From NCBI GenBank assembly GCA_012295275.1, contig CM022666.1:7936001-8000000 (forward strand): a stretch of DNA of 64,000 nt. Reading direction: 5' to 3'. Made by a program: the position numbers and the translations under genes. Each line of letters begins with the position of its first letter. Positions within the stretch are counted from its first letter, which is position 1. Source of the stretch: Chrysomallon squamiferum. Its lineage: Eukaryota; Animalia; Mollusca. Below the pieces are notes generated by a model, which saw only the letters and a list, made by a program, of their open reading frames with translations, searched no databases and was not told the origin of the DNA. Shown piece after piece: positions 29,050 through 41,578 of this stretch.

Positions 29050-29333
29050 TTATTTACGCTTTAAACCTTTATGAATAATAAAAGCATCCATGGGATCTTC
29101 TATTCGAATCCCAACAGTGCCATCCAGAAAGTAATGAAAAAATGGACCTTGGAAACAAAGGTAATTTCCTGGCACAACTTGGCTCCAGTGAAAATGTGGA
29201 AATGGATTATCATAATCTAAGTAAAACATAACAAAGGTTTCCTGTCCAAAAGAATCCTGGAAAAACAAAAAAGGAAAAACAAAATTATTATGATGATGAT
29301 TATTATTATTATTAAATATATTATTATTATTAC

Positions 29334-29387
<54 letters not shown>

Positions 29388-30079
29388 TTTTATTATTGTA
29401 ATAAATAGTAATTAGTTCAAAGGATAGTAAATTTTAAGGGACATATTTTGATACATTGATATTTAGAAAAATAAATATAAAATGAAACTTGTTTTTACTA
29501 AATATATAGATAAATAATTATGAAAATGAGAAATAAAGAAATAAGTACATAAATACTTATATATGTATAAATAAATAAAGACATGTAAATAAGTAAATAA
29601 ATAAATATGAAAATGTTCATCTGTCATCTAGAAAATAAAACCCATGAAAACAACAAGAAAATATATTTCTTGATCATTTATAATTTACCTCAATGTAAAC
29701 TGAGTGCCGTTGCTTATAGGGATGTAATTTAGATATCCTTGCCAGAAGAACAGTGGATTCATCTCGAAGAGGACCAAACATCATTTCATGTGGAAGTTGA
29801 CCAAGATCTTCAACAATTTTACACAAAAAGAAATGTCTTAAGCATAGAATTCTTGCTTCCTCAATTGACATACATGGCTGAGAAGGGCTGAAAAATAATT
29901 AAAGTGATGATAGTAACAATATATTATCTTTGTTTAAATCGTTTAAAAATATTTAGTATACCTCTTGGCTTTCAGACAATTCTTTACTAATAATAAAGTA
30001 TTCCATTAATATTACAAGCACGGATATTGATAATTCTGTTCAGTTTATATATTTATTTGGAAATGAAAACAGTTCATCC

Positions 30080-30132
<53 letters not shown>

Positions 30133-31043
30133 GAGACTAAAAAGAATGAAAGGTTACAAAGTCTTTTATCATTGAATCATCAGAAACCTAATTCTAACTG
30201 ATTTCAAAATTAAAATGTATTGATATGGTAGGCTCAGTCTGTATAACATCATTAAAAATAAAAAATATCTAATTACATATTCTGCATTTCCTCTTCAGTT
30301 CTTATTCCCATCATGTTCATTAAATGTTGTATCTCGGGAATACTTCCTCTCTTGGACTTAGCTTCTTCTTTTTCTCTTTCCTTAAATCCTTTTGTTTTGA
30401 TGCTGCTATCTATGTTGGAGCATTTGTTCTTGTGTTCTGGCCAGTTCTCCTTCTGGCATTCTCTAGAACAGTAGAACACACTCCTGCATCTGCTGCAACT
30501 CTTCATTTCAGGAAGATTCAACCTGCAGTTCTGACATTCATGACCTTTGCCACCGTTGACCTCGGAGGAACCCAAACTAGCTGCTGCACCACAAGGGATT
30601 GACCCAGGGTCACCAGACTCTGAAGCAGTAGCAGAAGATAATTTTCTCGAAGATTCTTTTTCATCTTTAGTCAACTTCTCACACACCTTTTGATGCATTT
30701 TCCAATCTTTTTGTTGACAATCTTTTGTGCAGTATTCCACCATTTTGCAAAAATGGCAGACTTTACCTGATCCTTGTTTAATTACCTTATTGCAGGAAGG
30801 ACAACACTGTTCAACTTGAGAAGATGATTTAGAGTTACCTGAGCTTTCTTCACTGGAATTTTTCCCTGTTTTAATTTCAACAGGACCTCTTCCAGTTTGT
30901 TTCTGGATCTTTTTACATTGGTCTTTGTGAGAGGCCCAGTGTTTTCTTTGACAGTCTTTTGAGCAGTACACAGCCACATGACAGGCAGAGCATGTCAGGG
31001 GTTTTGTCTGCTGTTTAGAACAAAATGAACAGGAAGCAGGCAT
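29050..31043 (-). CDS. Triple MYND-type zinc finger protein with uncharacterised C-terminal domain; exons 31043-30277, 29887-29689, 29256-29050
   Basis: Three CxxC...CxxC....YCxxxCQxxxWxxHxxxC motifs; GT-AG junctions join in frame (phase 2 then phase 0); C-terminus ...FHYFLDGTVGIRIED. Confidence 0.9.
29979..30089. repeat. About 110-bp dispersed repeat, copy A (copy B at 37009-37115)
   Basis: ACTAATAATAAAGTATTCCATTAATATTACAAGCACGGATA...GTTCATCCATATAATAAT shared by both sites in the same orientation. Confidence 0.85.
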
Positions 31044-31290
31044 CTCTGATTGAAGGAATTTCTTGACAATTCTGTAATTAATGCATTTAAAATCATTGAT
31101 AAGCAGGCATCTTTGTTAAAACAGAAGTACTTGAAAATTCCATAATTAACACATTTTTATTTTAAAGTAGGCATCTTTGTTTAAAAGAAAATTCTTTAAT
31201 GTTCTGTAATTAGCAAATTTAAAACTTAAAGCAGACATCTTGGATTAGAAGGAATTTCTTTAAAATTCTGTAATAAATGAATTTAAAATC
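31034..31290 (-). repeat. Four degenerate tandem copies (64-67 bp) of the splice acceptor plus start codon region of the MYND gene
   Basis: Plus-strand AAG(C/T)AG(G/A)CATCT at 31034, 31101, 31165 and 31229, each followed by TTCTGTAAT-like sequence. Confidence 0.75.
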
Positions 31291-33307
31291 AGTGAAAATG
31301 GACATTTTGCTTTAAATTAATGGGTCATTTAGGGAGAACAGATAAAATTCAAAAAATATAGAAAATATATACAGGTATTCTAATAAATTATCATCAGTTA
31401 TTTAAAGTGGAATGCACAGCAAGTAATGGGCATCTACTGTTAACATACCTTGACAAGGGGTCTTGGAATTGTACACAAAAGAATAAGGTGGACTGAGTAC
31501 CTGTGGTTTGGGTATAATCTTGATGAGAGAAGAAATTCTATAGCTTACTTTTAACTATCAGCATTAAGAAATACTTCACACTCACCTTTTCACAGAGAAG
31601 AAAAACACACATATCTGCCACTTTATATTTGTTATACGCCAGTGATTTGGTGAGACTCAAGGCTCCAGTGAGGTGGTAGATTATGTTATGTAGTGAATTT
31701 TATCCTAAATCTAGTTTATCTTGAGACAGCTTGCAGCATGTAATGGTTTTGCTTAAATAAAATGTAATTAAATATAGGCCAGAAATATAATAAATTAATA
31801 AATAATAAATACAAATAATGAAATAAATTAATAACAATAATATTAATAAATAATAATAATGATGATAATAATAATAATAATAATAATATATAATAATAAT
31901 AAATTATTATTATTATTAATATTAATTTATTAATTAATTAATTAAATAATAAAATATATATTTGTACAAAAAACAAAGAAAAAAAATCAACAAGAGTGAC
32001 ACTGTATAGAGAGGTATTATATTTAGTAAAATGTCCAATAAATTTAATCTGTTGTAAAAGTCGTAATAGTAAATTACATTAACTTAGATAATGTTTTTCA
32101 GAAAACTCAACATATGATTACTGTTATTATTTCAGATTCAGTATATCGACCCAAAATGTTTCAGCTAAACAAAAATAAAGAGGATATAATTACGCCATTT
32201 CATATGAAAATCTATCTGATGTATATTTGCACGTTCACCAGAAATCATATACCGGTCTACATATATTTTCAAATAATAATAATAATAAATTAATAAATAA
32301 ATAAATATGTAAAAATGGCGAACTGACAGGGTGATAACAAGTATAGATTTAAGCGGTGTGTGCTTGCAACAACAGTCTTAAACTTTGTTAAATAAAAATA
32401 AAATAACATAAGAATAAAACCCATACTTTAATTAGCTTTACCAGTAGCAAGTCTAAAATAGTCAGGGTTTTCTGTTTAACTTCGAGTTAAATATTTTTGC
32501 TACTCAGCAGCTAGTTTAAGAAAAAACTAGTGTAAACTAATATTTGTAAGAGAATACGTCATCTTCTAACGAATTCCTTTTCCACGAAACGAAAGTAGAT
32601 TTCTCGGAAATAGAAAATGTAGTCTCGATAAATAAAAGCTTTAACAAAATGATCTCAACTCTCATTTTTTCTTTTCGATATATTACAAAACTACTACCGC
32701 TATTGTTATTGTTTTGTTGTTGTTGTTAGTATTATTTTATCATCAAAGCTATAATAATAATAATAATAATAATAATCATAATAATAATAATAATATGAAA
32801 TATCCCTGTATTTTCATTTGCAATTATAACTGATAAAAATCTTGGTCAGGGTGACAGAATCATTTAAAATAAAATATATTTTTAACTATATTTTTATATA
32901 CATATAATAATTTGTATTTTATTTTTCAAGATACATTTTTTATCTCTCTCTTTACCGTTGATTTCTTTTAAAGCGGAAACTGTTTTGGTTATAATTCTAA
33001 AAAGACAGCCTGCCATCGAAATAGTTTTACCTTTTTCAATATTAGTGTAAGTTTTGAATATTTCGCACCAAATGGTGATCTTAACACTTAGATTTTATTC
33101 TTCTTGTCCGTGCATGCGTCTATGAGTGTGCACAAGTTATCTGTTATTAAATAAGCTACATTTTGCTTGGTCCTATAAGCGTTCCTAATGTTTATCATTA
33201 TAGACTGATATGTATCTCTGTTCATTATGACTTATATATACACATATATATTTAATCAGTAGACATTATAATTAAAATCATTATCATCATTATTATTATT
33301 ACTGTTG

Positions 33308-33360
<53 letters not shown>

Positions 33361-35517
33361 TCTGCACTGAACTCGTATTTGCCAGTATTCACGTTTTAAA
33401 ATGTTGTCACAATTCTTCCATCAAAACATTGCTCGTCCAGTATTATTATGTCACCCCCACAAAAAACAACAAAATGCATTTTAACAATGAAACTATTTAT
33501 TAACAAATATTATCAGAATATTAGACATCTAAATCATTTAAAAACTATTAATGTAGCAATAAAAGAATAATAATTTCTGACGTATTAAAGCTTTTCGAAA
33601 TAATGAGATTTAACATGAAATTATATCTGTAATTTAAAGCATATAGTAGACCAAGGGAGGTGACTGAACTGACCAGTTTTCGTAGTAATTACAACTTCGT
33701 TTTCTTTTCTTTCATTCTGTATTTTGGGTTACATTTTCCCCTCCGTCTTATTTTTACATTGACCAACAAATAAGTATATCAAATTCTGACATAAGGCACA
33801 ATGTACATGAGCACCATACAAATTGAGAGGAAAAAACAAAAACAATAATAAATAAATAAATAAAATAAAAAATATAAAATAAAGTAAAACATCTTGATTA
33901 CAAACTGAATAATTAATTATTGTTGATTTTTATGGATTCTAAAAACGTTCTTCAAAACAGAAGTATATTCTTAATTTCAACTATTATGCATTCAGTAATA
34001 ATAAATAAATAAATAAATATATAAAAATAATATAGTTTTTAATGTTACATCTTTGGTGTCTAGAATATTAAGACATTTCGTGTATATTAACTAACAGCTA
34101 TTGGAATATAGAAATAGCACTATAACATGAAGTAAAAATAATATTATTATTTAAAAAGGACAATTTTACACTGGGAAAATGCCGGTGTTATATATTCAAT
34201 ATAAATATTAATAAAAAAAAAAAAAAAAAAAAAAAAAAAACTGTTTAACATGAAAGTAAAATCAAGGAGAAAAAAGAAAGTAAAAGAAAGTAAAAGTAAT
34301 TATTCAAAATGAAGAAAAGTAAGATAACAGAGAAACAGAGTTTGCAATATGCAAAATATACAGCACTATGATGGAATATGATAAAAACGAAGGAAAAAAG
34401 GAAGAAACGAAACGGAAAGTTTATAAAGTTGAAACCTTTTACGTGTTAGCGACCAAAGACAGCAAAAATAAAGAAACAGAAACAATACAAAGTTAAATGT
34501 TAATACTGATCATTAAATTTAACATTTATAAGTAAAATCAAATAGTATAGATATACTGGTGACAAAGTTAAAAGTACCATAAAGTGGAAACACAAAATAT
34601 CAACACAAAATAAAAATAACCTGAAAAAATAGACTACAAAAGTATGTATTTAAGCAAAAATAACAGTGCACTGGTGAAAAGTTTAAAAATAATAATTATA
34701 ATAAATAAATAAATAAAAATTACCGGACACATTTAAGAGCCTTAGTAAACAAAATAAATTAATAAAAATAGTGATAATAACGCAAAGAGACAGAGAGAGG
34801 ACATAGCTAAAATTTATTAACGATATGGAAACGTTAGTGACACAGATTTGAAAAGAGAACAAGTTAGAAATATCAAAACGATTGTAAAGATATGTGATTA
34901 AATGGCAAATAATTGTCATTTGAAATGAAATTAAACAATAGCTAATGTGATTAAATATTTTAAAATATATTTCATAAGAAATCTTACTTTATAAACTACT
35001 TCGTTAACAGTTCTTTCTGAAATAATTTTTTAATTATATATATATTTTTTTGTCTTAGTTATTTTTTAAATTAAAGTTTATCTTTTCTTTCTTCCAATTT
35101 TTAATTTTTAATCTTTTTTTTTTTTTTTTTTTTTTTTATACAGTGATCATCATTCTTGTTTATTTATTAATTTAAATAAATAACTAAACAAAAAAAGAAG
35201 AAATAGAAAAATGAAAGAAAGAAAAAATTACACTTTGCATTTAAGATTCATGCCATTACTTCCAAGAAGCCTTTATAGAACTACCAATGCTCTTAAACCA
35301 TATATTTTAAATTAAATTAAATTAAATTTCGTTAACTCGCTGGTAGTATGCTCGAGATGACAACATACGACGCCACAGCAAAAACAGAGAAGACGATAAA
35401 ACCAAATCTGCTTAATTCAAATATGCGAAATTAATCCATAATATTTAATCTTTTATTTTTTGATGTTTACGGCAGCACTAAATTTCTCGTTCGATATCGA
35501 CATTTCCCGCAATGTCG

Positions 35518-37456
35518 TTAACTAACCACATCCGGCCAGTCTTCGAGCCTGATGATGTCGTCATATCCGACGACTCTGGCAGCCATTTCTGACAGGTCGT
35601 TTCTTACATACCGCAGTCTCATCAAATAATCTGAGTGAAAGCGCCCGTCTGTATTGTCAATAAAGCGTTTATAATCCTCCTGCAATTTCTGTAATAAAAC
35701 GGTAAATAAACTAAAACTAAAACTAAAACTAAAACCAAAATAAAATAAAATAAACGAACAAATTAACAAACAAAAATACTAAAAAAAATAAAACAAAATA
35801 AATGTACTTAAAACATAACGGTATAATATAAGGAAAATAAAATAACATAAAATAAATGCAGTAAAAAATATTTTAAAATTTACTTATAATTCATGTATAT
35901 TTAGTTATTGGCTTGAGAATTAATGGTGTCCTTTTGTTTTGTTGGGAAGGTGGAAATCGGCTTCGATAGCTCTGTGGTTAAGCTAACATTTTAGACTGGT
36001 AGAAACACGGATCGTATCCAATGACAGCCATAAACCCATAACTAATTAAAGACTAATAGTTTACGACCTATTATTTATTATATTAACACTATTATTTTAA
36101 AACAACTTAGGTTCATGGACTGTCTATCCTAGGAATACATGCTTGAACCTATGGCGAAAGGTAACAACTTTTTAACTGGCTGACAGACAGTAGATTTTAA
36201 ATTTAATTTTACCTTGAAATCGGTTTCGATCTTTATTCGACGAACAAGTTCTTTTTTGTAAATGTCGTGAAGAAAAACGTATCTGTACAACGTAAACAAA
36301 GAAATATTTGAAATCATTCATTTACAGTTGCTGGTGTTGCTACTGTCATTATTACATACATTGATGTCATCATCGTATTTTTTTTTTTTGTTATTGTCGT
36401 TGCTGCTGATGATGTTGTTATTGTTACTGTATCTGTTGTGTTTTTTTTTTTTTTGTATGTGGTTTTTTACCTCATCATTACTATACCAAAAACATAAGAT
36501 ACAAAATCTTCAGTCAACATGTGCATGTACAAAAAATCTATAGGGAAATGAATACACGAAAATAAAAATGCACACAAACCAAATTTCATCAAGTACCTTT
36601 TTCTTTCTTTATCGATTGCTGCATCGTGTAAAGTCTGCATGGACACCGTTTTGAGTCTCACTTTTTCTTCACACTCAAGTTTTGCTTTGGTTATCAAGGC
36701 AGCTTCCCTTTGTTTATATATTTCCTATCCATGCGAAGAAGACGAAGAAAAAAAAAAATAATAAAAAAAAAAATGAAAATTAAATTAAAAATATTTAGTG
36801 TTATTTATGTGATAAAATAATTTCTATTTTTTCTGTAAAAATAAAAAATATATTGTTTAGTATTATTTATGTCATAAAATAATTTTTAAATATATCTGTA
36901 AAATGTAACAAGTATACATAAAAAAATATTTCGTAATGACAAATTATAACAAAATAAAATTAATAAATAGTTTTAAAATATTTTGTACACGTCTTAGATA
37001 CTTTTACCATTCTTCACTAATAATAAAGTATTCCATTAATATTACAAGCACGGATAATGATAATTCCGTTCTATTTATTTATTTGGAAACGAAATCGGTT
37101 CATCCATATAATAATGTAGTAGTAGTAGTAGCAGAAGAAGAATTAATACAATATACACAGTCAATAACACACACAGACACACACACACTAAAAACACATT
37201 CTTACTTCGGCACCTATCAGCGCTTCTTTGACGGCACTGTCCCTGTCGACGATGTAGTCTTTCCTTAGTTTTTCTGTCAACAGTTCGCAAGCCTTGGCCA
37301 CGGCTACAGTTTTCTCCTCCTCCAGCGCCTTGGCTTGTTTTTCCAGAGCCTCTTTTTTTTCTTTCAGAAACTTCTTCGTGAGTTCTCGGAATCTCTCCTC
37401 TTCGGCCTTGTCTCGATTATCGCTTATTCTTTGATAGTGACGCTCGAAGTACTCGA

Positions 37457-37488
<32 letters not shown>

Positions 37489-38542
37489 ACAAATCATATA
37501 ATTAATATATAAAATAATAAAACTGAAATAAAATAAAATAAAGCAAAACAAATAGATATAGATAGATAGATAAAAATAAATAAATAAATTAATTAATAAA
37601 TAATACAAATAATATAATTAATATATAAAATAATAAAAAACAAATAGATATAGATAGAGAGATAAAAATAAATAAACAAATAATAAAAATGAAAATTAAA
37701 TGAATATATTTAAAACAATTAAAAATAATAAAAATAAACGAACAGAAAAGCAATCTATATGTTTACATACATACATAAATAAATAACGTAAATAAAAGAA
37801 AAGAAAATTTAAAAATATAATAATAATTAAAATTAAAAACAAAATAAAATATTTACAAACCAATAAATAAATAAATAAATAAATCAAAATATATCGAAGA
37901 TGGAAAATAAATATATAAATAATTAAAAACATTAAATATACAAATTATTATTATTATTAGTTGTTATATATATATTTATTATTATTATTTTTTTTTTTTT
38001 TGTGTGAAATTTGGGATTTGTTAAATAATAAGATGGAGAGAAGACAGCTTTAGAGACGAAACCAGAGATGTAGAGAGACGAGCAGAATGGATTGAGAGTA
38101 GCAGGTTCAGACAGGTATATAACACACACTTCTTTCTGTTTTTCCAAAGCCCTCAGACGTTCTGCATCTTTGTGTTGCTTCAGTCGTTTCAAAGCGGCCC
38201 TGAGCTCTCGTGTGGCGCGGGTCTCTGCGGCCTCGACTGCGATTTGGATCGCCTTATCTCTTTCTGCTGTTGTGTCGTCTGCTTTCACCTCTAGCATACG
38301 ACCACCGAGTTCTTAAAACACCGTAAAGATACGTTAAGAAAATATGTAACAGTTACAATAGTGAGAACAGAATTAGCAACAACAACGTCGTACGACGACG
38401 GCAATAATTGTAGCAACGACGACAATAAGAATAATTTTTAAAAACGAGATAATTAAATTAAAGTGATAAAATTAAACGAATTCACATTTGTTAAATATAT
38501 ATTATAATAAATGAACTAATATTGAAAATAAATATAACGTTA

Positions 38543-38583
<41 letters not shown>

Positions 38584-39117
38584 ATATATCTGTATCTATG
38601 TATGCAGAGATATATATCTGTATCTATGTTTGCATAGATATATATCTGTATCTATGTATGCAGAGATATATATCTGTATCTATGTATGCATAGATATATA
38701 TCTGTATCTATGTATGCAGAGATATATATCTGTATCTATGTATGCATAGATATATATCTGTTTCTATGTATGCATAGATATATATCTGAATGGATTTTGA
38801 GATCGTGAACAATTATTGTTAAGGTCAAACAAGGACGATTCGCGCTGGGGGTTTGGCACAGAACTGATTGAGATTACGATTAAGCTATACTGGTGAACCA
38901 GAGAATGTTTTTTCAAACCAGCTTTATTTAGATTATTTAATAAAACTTCTCAGAAAATATTCTGACACCCATTTTTGAGTAATAGTGTTAATACAAACTG
39001 AATATTTTAAATTAATATATTTCAGTATTTTGTCTATGTCCATACATAGAGGAAAGATAAAAAAACCGGACATATTTACTGACAGACAGGCAGATAAGTG
39101 GATGAAATACATGGATG

Positions 39118-39157
<40 letters not shown>

Positions 39158-39246
39158 TCATTTGCGAAAGAGAAATGGATTGATGGTAAATGATTGAACA
39201 GAGGGATAAATAGAAGAATAAGCTTTCAGATACAAATATATGAATA

Positions 39247-39343
<97 letters not shown>

Positions 39344-39735
39344 AAAAAATAAAAAAATCACAGAACTGTGAGAAAGGTCTTTTTAATGTCCCTCTGAAAC
39401 AGTGGAGGAATAACTCGAAGCTTATGAAAACTGCTGACTTATACTGTGTGAATAATGGCACCCAACCATTGCTTTATCCTTTGTTAATCGCTTAATCTTT
39501 GGAGATAATAATCCTTGCTCAGGGTCAAAAGATTGTTGCCCAAAAAAGTATTCGCTTTATGCTTTAACTGCGAAACGAAGTTGAAGTTGTCACAAATATA
39601 GAAAGAAAGAAAAAAAAAAAAAAAAAAAAATAAAAGAAAATTAATAAAATTAAAGAAAAAAAGTAAAAGAAAAATTTTATTCATTGGTACCAAATAAGAC
39701 AGTGATTAGAAATTTTTACAAAACATAATTTCATG

Positions 39736-39788
<53 letters not shown>

Positions 39789-39947
39789 TTAACAACAACA
39801 ACAACAACAATAATAACAAAACAGCATTAGTAGTAGTAGTAGTAATGCTAATAATATACTATTATAGTAGTAGTGGTCGTGATAATATTATTAGCAGTAA
39901 TAATAATAACAGTAGTAGCAGTAGTAATAATACTAGCACCAGCAGCA

Positions 39948-40030
<83 letters not shown>

Positions 40031-40349
40031 GTCTTTCTCGTACAGACACAAACACTTACCCATCAAAATATCTTTAACACAAATAAATTTATTATTTATA
40101 TTTGACCGAACCTAATATTACACTCTATGTACAAATTTTAGTCCTGTTTTTATAATGATACATATATTGAAGTTTTTTTTATATTATTATTTATTTACTT
40201 ACTTATTTACTTTAAAACTCAACGGTCACGTTCAACTTACTTATTATTTGTGTGTGTTGCACTCTCTGGGTTGTTAAAGTCGTTCGATTAAGCATTCGTT
40301 CCAGAGACTCCAAAGGGTCTCGGACCGGACGAATAACTCGGGCTGACAT
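35518..40349 (-). CDS. C6orf163-like coiled-coil protein; exons 40349-40241, 38311-38130, 37451-37206, 36724-36597, 36282-36213, 35688-35518
   Basis: Six exons splice in frame at GT-AG. E/K/R/A-rich coiled coil; HTQIIKLGGRML and LQEDYKRFIDNT...HSDYLM resemble the terminal motifs of C6orf163 as I recall them (name tentative). Confidence 0.8.
35956..36030 (+). mobile_element. Decayed tRNA-derived SINE head (intronic)
   Basis: ATCGGCTTCGATAGCTCTGTGGTTAAG...GACTGGTAG...GGATCGTATCC has A-box and B-box-like spacing but no intact cloverleaf. Confidence 0.35.
37009..37115. repeat. About 110-bp dispersed repeat, copy B
   Basis: Matches 29979-30089. Confidence 0.85.
38582..38790. repeat. 28-bp minisatellite (GATATATATCTGTATCTATGTATGCA(G/T)A), about 7 units
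   Basis: Direct reading. Confidence 0.92.
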
Positions 40350-40877
40350 GTTGGTTTTGGCCGATCGGAAAACGTCTTTTCTCTGAAATCCCAAAGCTTG
40401 TCGGCTCTCTTAAACATGTCAGAACGCGCTTATCCCGAACAGACCCAACCTATTCCGGAAGTTTACGTTTCAAACCCTAAGCAACATGGATGTACTACTT
40501 ACTACATTTACACTTGTGTAAACATATCTATATGTATATTAGCTGCATTTAAATTATATATGAACTATTAAAACAGATATAAATAAAAGTAACAATACAA
40601 CAAACACAAATATACAATAAAAGATGACAAAAAAAGAGTATATATTATATATCTATATGTATATTAGCTGCATTTAAAATATATGTGAACTTTTTAAACA
40701 GACATAAATAAATTTAGCAATACAACAAACACAAATATACAATAAAAGAATGCAAAAAAGAGAAAAAATTAATAATTTATTCTTTTTATATATATTAATT
40801 TTTTTAATAATACAGAAACAATAAAAAGACCTCTTCTAATTTGAAACCTGAACTTAAGTAATTCTGATTAAAATAAC

Positions 40878-40962
<85 letters not shown>

Positions 40963-41085
40963 ATCATAACAAAAGCTATAAAGTATCATCTGTTGTTTAC
41001 AGAATAGTACAATTATTTTAACCTCGTCAGATCTCGCGATTCTTTACCATTCCGGAAGGTAATAGTGTAAGTGAAAAATGGCGGC
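40350..41085. promoter_or_regulatory. Putative bidirectional promoter between the C6orf163-like gene and TPP2
   Basis: Divergent start codons about 730 bp apart; ETS-type CCGGAAG near 40455 and 41052, TCTCGCGA at 41032-41039, YY1-type AAAATGGCGGC over the TPP2 start codon. Confidence 0.6.
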
Positions 41086-41529
41086 TATCGTAGAGGAAGA
41101 TTTCCCAGTTGAAGGTGTTTTACCGAAAAAAGAAACCGGTGCCACTGCATTTCTAGCAAAATATCCTGATTACGATGGTCGTGGTATTTTGATTGCAATA
41201 CTCGATACAGGTGTTGATCCAGGAGCAGCTGGATTGCAGGTGAAAATTATATTATATTTGTGTTGAAAGACTCACTCAGTCACAGTCAGTGATTGCAGTG
41301 CTATTTCATCACTTCATCGTAAAATTTACATTATCATTATGCATTTATTGTTATTATTATATTTCATTATTTGTAATTTTCAATAGTTTAGTTTACTTTG
41401 ACAAAAATATCTTTTGTTTTCGTTATTAATTAATTAAGGTACCTTTTTCCCCGAAATAATGTTAGAATTCCCAAAGGACGATGCATCGAATGGTAAATAA
41501 ATTCGTAAATAAAATCATGTGATGGAAAT

Positions 41530-41578
<49 letters not shown>

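Noticed and set aside
31480-31720. Possible SINE body fragments here and at about 56110-56190
   Set aside because: Resemblance to gastropod SINE sequence is from memory and too weak to set boundaries.
35956-36030. Possible tRNA gene
   Set aside because: No intact acceptor stem or cloverleaf; better explained as a decayed SINE head.
37449-37456. Rare GAG acceptor at exon 3 of the coiled-coil gene
   Set aside because: Still a canonical AG that gives an in-frame join; uncommon but not notable on its own.
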